The notes below the pieces were generated by a model, which saw only the letters and a program-made list of their open reading frames with translations, searched no databases and was not told the DNA's origin. Below, in pieces: positions 36,207 to 42,992 of a stretch of 48,033 nucleotides of DNA; position 1 is the stretch's first letter; every line of letters begins with the position of its first letter. Both the position numbers and the translations under genes were made by a program. The DNA is from an uncultured Candidatus Saccharibacteria bacterium (GTDB lineage Bacteria > Patescibacteriota > Saccharimonadia > Saccharimonadales > Saccharimonadaceae), in NCBI GenBank assembly GCA_937873745.1, contig CALMYZ010000047.1, positions 1 through 48,033 on the forward strand, read 5' to 3'.

Positions 36207-37013
36207 ATGTATTCAGGCACTACACTCCGCACCAAATCAGGCCGCGTCATAGGCGCTCATCAGCGTATCGACCGGATTGCCAAGCGTCGTTTACGGCAGC
36301 TAGTTGGCCCTAGTTTGAAGTTTCCGACGATCAAGGATATCTTGTATTTTGAAGGCAAAAATGGTCCAGACGGCATCAAAAGCAAAAGCCCGGGCAAGGA
36401 CGAGCCTTGGCATTTCATCGACCCTTATCACGAGGGCGACCACAGTTTTTTTGACACCATAAATGACCATATCGCAAATCTAGGTGCGGCACTCAGATCC
36501 GACAATATGGAGCGAGCCGCCTTTGAGGCTGGCTGGCTAGCACATGCCATCACAGACGGCCTCACGCCGGCTCATCACTATCCATTCGAGGAGCATCTCG
36601 AGCAGATTCGGGGCGAAGGTTTACACACTCGCAGTTCCAAAAAAGGCAAAGTGATAATGCCAGGCAAAACCAAGTCTCAGCAGCTAAAGAATAACTGGGA
36701 TTTCTGGGGCTCAAAAGGCGTGATGTCGACTCATCTTGGCTTTGAACTCGGCGTAGCTACGGCGATACCGGCTGGTAAGTTCGGTGATATCGACATCTCA
36801 GATGAGATGATTCGCCAAGTCGAGGCGGGTGACTACGAGGCGGTTTTTCTCCAGCTGCTCAAAGACGTCGCAAATCTACATATGTACGAGGCCTATATGG
36901 TACGCGGCTGGTCAAGTCGCCTGGCTCGCCAGACTACGACGGTACTGATACCGCACATAGTTCAGGCCGTCACGCTCGGCTGGTATGCCGGTATTTGTGA
37001 GGCCAAGCGATGA
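36207..37013 (+). CDS. Hypothetical protein, zinc-dependent phospholipase C / S1-P1 nuclease superfamily-like
   Basis: AGWLAHAITDGLTPAHH resembles the H-x3-D-x3-P-x-H metal-binding block of that superfamily. Additional His/Asp clusters (PWHFIDPYHEGDH). Assignment is by motif only. Confidence 0.45.
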   Translation: MYSGTTLRTKSGRVIGAHQRIDRIAKRRLRQLVGPSLKFPTIKDILYFEGKNGPDGIKSKSPGKDEPWHFIDPYHEGDHSFFDTINDHIANLGAALRSDNMERAAFEAGWLAHAITDGLTPAHHYPFEEHLEQIRGEGLHTRSSKKGKVIMPGKTKSQQLKNNWDFWGSKGVMSTHLGFELGVATAIPAGKFGDIDISDEMIRQVEAGDYEAVFLQLLKDVANLHMYEAYMVRGWSSRLARQTTTVLIPHIVQAVTLGWYAGICEAKR

Positions 37014-37558
37014 AACTTAGGCTGATAGCCGGCAAGTACGGCGGGCGCAGTATCTCGGCCCCAGACACCGCCAAGACGCACCCCATGGGCGAGCGAGTAC
37101 GTGGCTCGATGTTCAATATCATCGGCGATGAGATCCACGGAGCTAGTGTTCTAGATGCTTTCGCCGGTACGGGAGCGCTCGGACTAGAGGCGCTTAGTCG
37201 TGGAGCTCAGCAGGTGACCTTCGTAGAGCGCGATAGGGTAGCGCAAAAGATTTTACAAGAAAATATAGCTAATCTGGGAGTAGAGGGCGATACCGCGCTT
37301 GTCAGGACATCTGTCAGCAACTGGCTGGGTACTGCTGCCGAGATAGATAAGTTTGATATTATTTTTGTCGATCCTCCATATCACGATACGCAGTTTTCCA
37401 CAGTATCACGGCTTTTGGGTCTTCTCAAACCAGGTGCGCTTATGGTATTATCACACCCAGGAAAAGGTGAGGTGCCTATTCAAGAAAACGGAATTGTTGT
37501 GGTGGACAATCGTAGCTATGGAAACGCTTACCTCGCCTTCTTCCGCCGAGACGCCTGA
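37010..37558 (+). CDS. rsmD: 16S rRNA (guanine966-N2)-methyltransferase RsmD
   Basis: SAM motif VLDAFAGTGALGLEALSRGA and the DPPY catalytic motif. ATGA overlap with the upstream gene. Confidence 0.88.
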   Translation: MKLRLIAGKYGGRSISAPDTAKTHPMGERVRGSMFNIIGDEIHGASVLDAFAGTGALGLEALSRGAQQVTFVERDRVAQKILQENIANLGVEGDTALVRTSVSNWLGTAAEIDKFDIIFVDPPYHDTQFSTVSRLLGLLKPGALMVLSHPGKGEVPIQENGIVVVDNRSYGNAYLAFFRRDA

Positions 37559-37594
37559 AGGGGGTGTTTTTTATTTGTACAAAAATATAAAATC

Positions 37595-37632
37595 GCGCCA
37601 AATCCGAGAATCTCATTTCTCGGATTTGGCGC
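37595..37632. repeat. Perfect 16-bp hairpin GCGCCAAATCCGAGAA / TTCTCGGATTTGGCGC (6-nt loop); probable second minus-strand terminator
   Basis: Arms 37595-37610 and 37617-37632. On the minus strand it is followed by a U-rich tract (ATTTTATATTTTT). Confidence 0.55.
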
Positions 37633-37662
37633 TAAAGTGGGTTCTAGTGTCTGTATGGAGGC

Positions 37663-37707
37663 GCACCAAATTAAAAAACCTCATAACGAGGTTTTTTAAT
37701 TTGGTGC
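37663..37707. terminator. Perfect 20-bp hairpin, bidirectional terminator between rsmD and tRNA-Leu; the right arm includes the tRNA 3' GCACCA
   Basis: Arms 37663-37682 and 37688-37707, 5-nt loop. The core AAAAAACCTC-ATAAC-GAGGTTTTTT has U-tracts in both orientations. Confidence 0.7.
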
Positions 37708-37786
37708 GGATGAAAGGACTTGAACCTTCACGCCCGAAGGCACATGCTCCTAAGGCATGCGTGTCTACCAATTCCACCACATCCGC
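37702..37786 (-). tRNA. tRNA-Leu (anticodon UAG), type II with long variable arm, CCA encoded
   Basis: Reverse complement GCGGATG TG GTG GAATTGGTAGA CAC G CATGC CTTAGGA GCATG TGCCTTCGGGCGT GAAGG TTCAAGT CCTTT CATCCGC ACCA folds as a cloverleaf by hand. Confidence 0.93.
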
Positions 37787-37903
37787 GTGTGATGCTTTTA
37801 GAGCAAGTATAATTGTATCAGAACAGATACAAAATAGAAAGAGCAAAAAATATTTACGCTTGTGGTATTATAAATAACAAGAACATGAGGGTAGAAGGAG
37901 TTT

Positions 37904-39538
37904 ATGAGTAAAGTAGCAGCTTATCTGAACGAACATTTATTGGGCGAGGTCGTCGTAGACGAGGCTGTGCGTAATCGCTTGTCTACAGACGCTAGTGTAT
38001 TAAAGATCAAACCAGAGATGGTAGTGTATCCGTGGACTACAAATGACATCCGCAAGGTAGCTCGCTTTGCCTGGCAACTAGCCGAAAAAGGCCATGTACT
38101 ACCACTGACGGCTCGCGGTGCCGGCTTCGACGATACCGGTGCGGCTATCAGTAAGGGCGCTCTCATCGTCACGACGGCTCACATGAATCAAGTCTTCGAA
38201 TACGACGCCAAGCAGAAGCTGATACGAGTCCAGCCTGGTGCTAGTGCAGCGGCGGTAGACGCGGCCTTGCGCCTACAGGGTGCGACTATACCGGCGCTCG
38301 GCTCTGATCTAAATTACGTTACTATCGGCGGTGCCGTAGCTTACGGCTCGTCAAACCATATGTCGGGTAAATACGGCACGATGGAAAATTGGGTATCTCA
38401 GCTAGAAGTCGTCTTGGCGAGTGGAGATGTCCTCCAGACCCAGCGCCTATCTAAGCGCGAGCTTAATCGCAAGAAGGGTCTGCAGGGTTACGAGGGTGAT
38501 ATCTATCGCAAACTAGACACCTTGATAGACGACAACAAAGAACTCATCGCCGATCAGCTATCGGACGAAAACGATAGCGTCGGCTATTCATCCCTCTCTA
38601 GGGTCAAGGCAAAAGATGGTTCGTTCGACCTGATGCCATTATTTGTCGGTAGCCAGGGTACGCTCGGTATTATCTCAGAGATGATTCTCAAGACTGAGTT
38701 TGTTAGTAGTGAGTCGTCTATCGCCGTCATGGCATTTGCTAGTAGCGATGTCGCGCGCGATGCTGTCGATGAGCTGGTACGCATGCGACCGTCTTCTCTG
38801 GAATACATAGAGTCAGCCTATTTCGAGGCCGCCCGTGAGCAGGGCAAGAGATACAAGGCCTACGAAGATGCCGCCAAAGAGCAGGCAGTAGAGGTTGTCT
38901 TGATAATCGGATTTGATGATTTCAACGCCAGGGCGCAAAAGAAGGGTCTAGCAAAGGCCAAGAAAATAGCCAACAAGTACGACGCCTCGTTTGTTTCTAG
39001 CGAAGATACCAATTCAGACGAACTGCGAGCCATGCGCAGTGTGACGATATTTACCAATATACCGCAGGGCAAGGGAAGTATCTCGCCGCCACTATTTAAC
39101 GGCGCCTATGTGCCGTTTGAGCGCTTCGAATTGTTTTCTCAGGGTGTTGCCGAGCTCGCCAAGAAGCATCACGTCAGCCTGCCGCTATATGTACGCCCAT
39201 ACGAAGGTATAGTCGAGACACGACCAAATCTCAATCTAAGTAAAGTCGGTGATCGGCAAAAGGTTTTCCGTCTACTCGACGAATATGCCGCATTGATCGC
39301 TTCGCATAGCGGCTATCTAGTGGGCGAGTCTCGCGAAGGCCGTTTCAAGTCGCAGGCTGCCTACAAGCAAGTCAACGAAGAGTTACGGGATCTGTTCAAG
39401 AAAGTCAAAGACATCTTCGACCCACAGGGTATCCTAAACCCCGGCGTCAAACAGCCTGGCGAGCTAAAGACCATCATCTCTCAGCTCAACGTCGAACACT
39501 CAGCGGCCAGCACCGCCGGACATACACCTCGTCGCTAG
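37904..39538 (+). CDS. FAD-binding (PCMH-type) oxidoreductase, GlcD/D-lactate dehydrogenase-like
   Basis: N-terminal FAD-binding domain (PLTARGAGFDDTGAAI, GGAVAYGSSN) and C-terminal FAD-linked oxidase domain ending DPQGILNPG. AAGGAG SD. Confidence 0.85.
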   Translation: MSKVAAYLNEHLLGEVVVDEAVRNRLSTDASVLKIKPEMVVYPWTTNDIRKVARFAWQLAEKGHVLPLTARGAGFDDTGAAISKGALIVTTAHMNQVFEYDAKQKLIRVQPGASAAAVDAALRLQGATIPALGSDLNYVTIGGAVAYGSSNHMSGKYGTMENWVSQLEVVLASGDVLQTQRLSKRELNRKKGLQGYEGDIYRKLDTLIDDNKELIADQLSDENDSVGYSSLSRVKAKDGSFDLMPLFVGSQGTLGIISEMILKTEFVSSESSIAVMAFASSDVARDAVDELVRMRPSSLEYIESAYFEAAREQGKRYKAYEDAAKEQAVEVVLIIGFDDFNARAQKKGLAKAKKIANKYDASFVSSEDTNSDELRAMRSVTIFTNIPQGKGSISPPLFNGAYVPFERFELFSQGVAELAKKHHVSLPLYVRPYEGIVETRPNLNLSKVGDRQKVFRLLDEYAALIASHSGYLVGESREGRFKSQAAYKQVNEELRDLFKKVKDIFDPQGILNPGVKQPGELKTIISQLNVEHSAASTAGHTPRR

Positions 39539-39555
39539 CAACTAGCTTTGGGTTT

Positions 39556-39564
39556 TGGTATAAT
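39556..39564 (+). promoter_or_regulatory. Extended -10 element TGgTATAAT upstream of tRNA-Leu(CAG)
   Basis: TGg 39556-39558 plus TATAAT 39559-39564. There is no good -35. It would give a leader of about 80 nt before the tRNA. Confidence 0.4.
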
Positions 39565-39653
39565 CTGCTAGTGCGCAGTCATTGTGTAAATGTCGGCGAC
39601 TGCGTGGTCAACGCAAGTGTTCGTAGACGCGCTCAGCGCTAGGGAGTATGTAC

Positions 39654-39740
39654 GCGGATGTGGCGGAATCGGTAGACGCGCTAGCTTCAGGTGCTAGTGC
39701 CCCTCGGGGCGTGGAGGTTCAAGTCCTCTCATCCGTACCA
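39654..39740 (+). tRNA. tRNA-Leu (anticodon CAG), type II, CCA encoded
   Basis: GCGGATG TG GCG GAATCGGTAGA CGC G CTAGC TTCAGGT GCTAG TGCCCCTCGGGGCGT GGAGG TTCAAGT CCTCT CATCCGT ACCA. The cloverleaf was folded by hand. The top acceptor pair is G1-U72. Confidence 0.9.
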
Positions 39741-39781
39741 AAATAACACAACCTCACTAGATGAGGTTGTGTTATTTTTTT
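39741..39781. terminator. Bidirectional rho-independent terminator (16-bp perfect stem) after tRNA-Leu(CAG) and the convergent FxLYD-like gene
   Basis: AAATAACACAACCTCA (39741-39756) pairs with TGAGGTTGTGTTATTT (39762-39777), followed by a T-run. Confidence 0.75.
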
Positions 39782-39818
39782 AGAAAAGTAGTAGCTACTG
39801 CGGGACTGTGTGTGCGGT

Positions 39819-40268
39819 TTAGAACCCAGTGATTTCTTTAAACCTAACATCCTTGATATCGCTACCGGAGCATGTCGCCTCAAACTTCCATTTACCGTTT
39901 GCGTCTACGGTGTTTGCGTTAGCTAGACAGTCACCAACATTCGCGCCCTCTGCGTCCAGTGCGGAAAAAGTGATCTGAATATACCCATCGATACTCTTAT
40001 CGCTATTGTTTGAAACGTAGCCAACAACCTGGGTCATGTATGGGTTGCTTGTATCTATTGACCAGCCGTCATCTAGTGTTAATCGTGGTTTTTCCTCCGT
40101 CTTCTTAGATTCCTGCTGCGTATCTGCTTTACTATCCGTTGATTTGGTTGTCTCAGTAGCCTGGTTGCTTTCTTGACCTGTGGAGGCGCCAATAATAAGA
40201 ATTACAATGATGGCAACTGCCCACACCAACTTTCTTTTATAAAACGGTTTCTTTACTTTTTCTGACAT
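39819..40268 (-). CDS. Membrane-anchored FxLYD-domain-like protein
   Basis: Basic N-terminus plus a TM helix, a low-complexity Ser/Thr/Glu/Lys linker, and a beta-rich domain (YVSNNSDKSIDGYIQITFSALDAEGANVG...GKWKFEA...FKEITGF) that resembles FxLYD domains. The ATG at 40268 has an AAGGAG SD and is preferred over the GTG at 40274. Confidence 0.55.
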   Translation of the reverse strand: MSEKVKKPFYKRKLVWAVAIIVILIIGASTGQESNQATETTKSTDSKADTQQESKKTEEKPRLTLDDGWSIDTSNPYMTQVVGYVSNNSDKSIDGYIQITFSALDAEGANVGDCLANANTVDANGKWKFEATCSGSDIKDVRFKEITGF

Positions 40269-40312
40269 AACCACTCCTTCGCAGTGTTATTTCTTATACA
40301 TATAGGGTGGCC

Positions 40313-40340
40313 CAATAAAAAGGACGACCCGCAGGTCGTC
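40313..40340 (-). terminator. Intrinsic terminator inside the leader of the FxLYD-like gene
   Basis: Minus-strand GACGACC-UGCG-GGUCGUC followed by CUUUUUAUU. It is located about 45 nt upstream of the start codon. Confidence 0.6.
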
Positions 40341-40440
40341 TAAAACCAGTACCAGCTTACGCCAAATACTTTTACGCGAGTCGCCCATTTGTAGGCGTAA
40401 ACACGCGAATATATATCGCTTGTTGATACTGGTTTTAGAC
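40338..40440 (-). ncRNA. Unclassified structured RNA element (predicted three-way junction), candidate riboswitch/cis-regulatory leader
   Basis: A perfect 14-bp closing helix (40338-40351 with 40427-40440) encloses two hairpins (40357-40400 and 40406-40420). A minus-strand extended -10 TGtTATAAT (TATAAT = revcomp of 40447-40452) lies just upstream. Confidence 0.5.
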
Positions 40441-40487
40441 ATCACTATTATAACACGTGTGAAACTCACCCATGTATAATCACTAAT

Positions 40488-41018
40488 ATGACAAAAGACA
40501 CCCGAAACGTAATCGATAAATATAAGGGCCTACCGACTGACGATATAAAATTCGACCTGGATAAGTCTCGGGTTGACTTGGAGATTGCTATCGAAAACCT
40601 CGAGCGAGATTTCAATATGGGTACGATTGTACGCTCGGCAAACGCCTTCAATGTCGCCAAGATTCATATCATCGGGCGGCGACAGTGGAATAAGCGTGGC
40701 GCTATGATGACGGATAAATATATGAATATAGAATACCACTCGTCGGTGGCGGATTTCGTGGAGCACAGCCGAGGTAAAGCTATCGTAGCGATAGACAATA
40801 TACCCGGCGCAGTCGACTTACACGAAGCCGAGTTGGCTAGCCAAGATATCGTCCTTGTTTTTGGTAGCGAAGCCAGTGGATTGTCGAGCGAGATGTTGGC
40901 AGCTAGTCAGCAGACGATTGCTATCGAGCAATTTGGTAGCACTAGGTCGCTAAATGTCGGCGTAGCGGCTGGTGTAGTCATGTATGAGTGGTTGCGACGC
41001 CACAAATTGACAAAATAA
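40488..41018 (+). CDS. SpoU/TrmH-family RNA methyltransferase (176 aa)
   Basis: GTIVRSANAFNVAKIHIIG, VFGSEASGLSSEML, and IEQFGSTRSLNVGVAAGVVMYEW (the SPOUT knot motifs). Confidence 0.85.
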   Translation: MTKDTRNVIDKYKGLPTDDIKFDLDKSRVDLEIAIENLERDFNMGTIVRSANAFNVAKIHIIGRRQWNKRGAMMTDKYMNIEYHSSVADFVEHSRGKAIVAIDNIPGAVDLHEAELASQDIVLVFGSEASGLSSEMLAASQQTIAIEQFGSTRSLNVGVAAGVVMYEWLRRHKLTK

Positions 41019-41040
41019 CAAAAACGTGTAGTATATACAC

Positions 41041-41589
41041 ATGAATAACGAAGGCCTATCTAGAGTCGAGCCTGTACAAGATATCAGACTGGAGTTTAAT
41101 CCTAACTTTCACTTGTCTCAAAGATTAAACGGTCTACTTAGGGACGAGTCTGATCCGATGCAGATCGTCCTAAATAAGCGCATCATATTGCCTGCTGGCG
41201 AAAAGGTAGGTGACATAAATCGTGTACAAAGAGATCTGGGATCTGCTGGTCTCAAAAACCTACGCCTAAAGGGTGTCGAATCAGAGATTGTTTATATAAA
41301 AAACAAACTAGCCGGCGTGGTGATAAATATTGAGCTTCAGCGTTCGGCTGAGTTAGCTGCTTTTATGCTCGACTATCTCAGCTTGGGCGATGAGCTTGTC
41401 TCTACTAAGGGGCTCGGGCTGGTGACACACGCCAAGGCTGCCGACATCAAGACCAATCCTGTCACATTCGTAGAAGAGCTAGACGCGTTATCTTCTCGAC
41501 TGTCGCATCCAAATACTTCACGCCAATACACCGTCGACTATGACGGCATGCGAATCCGTTCGGGCATTCGCCGATCTGAACAAGCCTAA
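41041..41589 (+). CDS. Hypothetical protein (182 aa), no recognisable motif
   Basis: Clean ORF that fills the gap between the trmH-like gene and hisS on the same strand. No TM helix or signal peptide and no known signature. Confidence 0.55.
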   Translation: MNNEGLSRVEPVQDIRLEFNPNFHLSQRLNGLLRDESDPMQIVLNKRIILPAGEKVGDINRVQRDLGSAGLKNLRLKGVESEIVYIKNKLAGVVINIELQRSAELAAFMLDYLSLGDELVSTKGLGLVTHAKAADIKTNPVTFVEELDALSSRLSHPNTSRQYTVDYDGMRIRSGIRRSEQA

Positions 41590-41613
41590 CACTTGTAATT
41601 AGAGGCCAAACGT

Positions 41614-42966
41614 GTGAAAATAACCACAATGAGTTCATTATCAAATCAGCCCTACAAAGGCACGCGCGACTACTACCCAGATGATATGTGGGTGCGCAAC
41701 TATATCTTTTCGACTTGGCGCAAAGCCGTGCAGTCGTTTGGCTACGAAGAATACGGCGCTCCGACACTCGAGCCGCTAGAGGTCTATACCGCCAAGAGCG
41801 GTCAAGAGCTAGCAACTGAGCAGACCTATGCCTTCACTGATCGTGGCGGTCGCATGGTGGCGATTCGTCCCGAGATGACGCCGTCTATCTCGCGCATGGT
41901 GGCAGCGCGACGCCAAGAGTTGGGCTATCCGGCCAGGCTCTATAGCGTAGCTAACTTTATGCGTTACGAACGCCCGCAGCGTGGTCGTGAACGTGAGTTT
42001 TGGCAGCTAAATGTCGATATGTTTGGTGTCGAGACTATGCGGGCCGAAGCCGAGATTATCACGCTTGGCGACAAGATAATGAAAGCCTTTGGTGCGACTG
42101 ACGACATGTATACGATCCGCGTCAACAACCGCAAGCTCATCAATGTCATGATGGCGCAGTATCTAGGCCTAGACGCCGTACAGGCGCAGCTTATGATCAA
42201 GCTGTTTGATCGCAAAAACAAGGTCAGTCCAGAGGATTTCCGTGACCAAGCCATCGAGATTTTCGGCAAAGATATGGCAGATGTCGGTCTGATGAAATTG
42301 TCACTACTGCTCTCTGCTAAGTCGATGGCAGATTTGCCGACCGAGATACTCGACAGTGCTGTCGTCATGGAAGTTCGTGATCTATTTAGCCTACTAGAAA
42401 GAGCCGGGGTCAAGAGCGCTCGTTTCGATATTACGCTGATGCGCGGACTTGACTACTACACCGGCACGGTCTTCGAAGTCTTCGATAATCATCCAGACAA
42501 CAATCGTGCGATGTTTGGCGGTGGTCGCTATGACGGATTGGTCGGACTATTCGGAGCCGAGCCTATCTCAGCCGTCGGCATGGCGCCGGGCCTGACGATG
42601 ACCGAATTATTCCTACGTTCACATGATTTGTTACCAAAATTCAACTCGACTACTCAAGTTTATGTCGTCGCCCTAGGCGATACCTACGACGAGGCCTTGA
42701 TCTTCGCCGATAAACTACGGGCCGAAGGCGTAAATACCGAGCTAGATATCACCGATCGCAAGCTCGACAAGCAGATAAAAGCTGCCGTCAAAAAGAACAT
42801 CCCATACATCGTCTTTGTCGGTGAGGAAGAGCTAAAGAGTGGGCAGTATTCCTTCAAGGAAGTTGCTACAGCCAAGGAGCAAAAGCTCAGCTTTGAGCGG
42901 ATCGTCTCTGAGGTAAAAGACCATCGCCGTCAGTCGACTGGTACGGGCAACGAGTTTGACCTCTAG
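41614..42966 (+). CDS. hisS: Histidyl-tRNA synthetase
   Basis: KGTRDYYP, class II motif 2 (AIRPEMTPS...RYERPQRGRERE), motif 3 (GGGRYDGL) and a C-terminal anticodon-binding domain. The start is GTG 41614 (AGAGG SD) or ATG 41629. Confidence 0.9.
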   Translation: MKITTMSSLSNQPYKGTRDYYPDDMWVRNYIFSTWRKAVQSFGYEEYGAPTLEPLEVYTAKSGQELATEQTYAFTDRGGRMVAIRPEMTPSISRMVAARRQELGYPARLYSVANFMRYERPQRGREREFWQLNVDMFGVETMRAEAEIITLGDKIMKAFGATDDMYTIRVNNRKLINVMMAQYLGLDAVQAQLMIKLFDRKNKVSPEDFRDQAIEIFGKDMADVGLMKLSLLLSAKSMADLPTEILDSAVVMEVRDLFSLLERAGVKSARFDITLMRGLDYYTGTVFEVFDNHPDNNRAMFGGGRYDGLVGLFGAEPISAVGMAPGLTMTELFLRSHDLLPKFNSTTQVYVVALGDTYDEALIFADKLRAEGVNTELDITDRKLDKQIKAAVKKNIPYIVFVGEEELKSGQYSFKEVATAKEQKLSFERIVSEVKDHRRQSTGTGNEFDL

Positions 42967-42992
42967 AGATACTTTGCTATACTTGACAGAGT

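Noticed and set aside
37559-37575. G-rich segment followed by a T7 run right after the rsmD stop, as a possible terminator.
   Set aside because: Only a weak 5-bp stem with a long loop can be drawn (CCTTC...GAAGG). The nearby perfect hairpins are much better terminator candidates.
37353-37877. 174-aa plus-strand ORF and the 77-aa minus-strand ORF (37613-37846) spanning the rsmD 3' end, the hairpins and tRNA-Leu.
   Set aside because: They run through a well-folded tRNA gene and two perfect terminator hairpins and overlap rsmD out of frame. They are artefacts of a stop-poor stretch.
40338-40440. The 14-bp terminal inverted repeats might mark a MITE-like mobile element.
   Set aside because: There is no target-site duplication in the flanks (GCAGGTC on one side, ATCACTA on the other). 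No second copy occurs in the window and no transposase is present. The internal nested helices and adjacent terminator fit a functional RNA better.
40287-40469. 60-aa basic ORF (GTG start) on the minus strand covering the structured leader.
   Set aside because: It has no SD. It starts upstream of the -10 box and predicted transcription start of the candidate minus-strand promoter. It also coincides exactly with nested perfect inverted repeats and a terminator, so an RNA element is the more economical reading. It cannot be excluded without conservation or Ribo-seq data.
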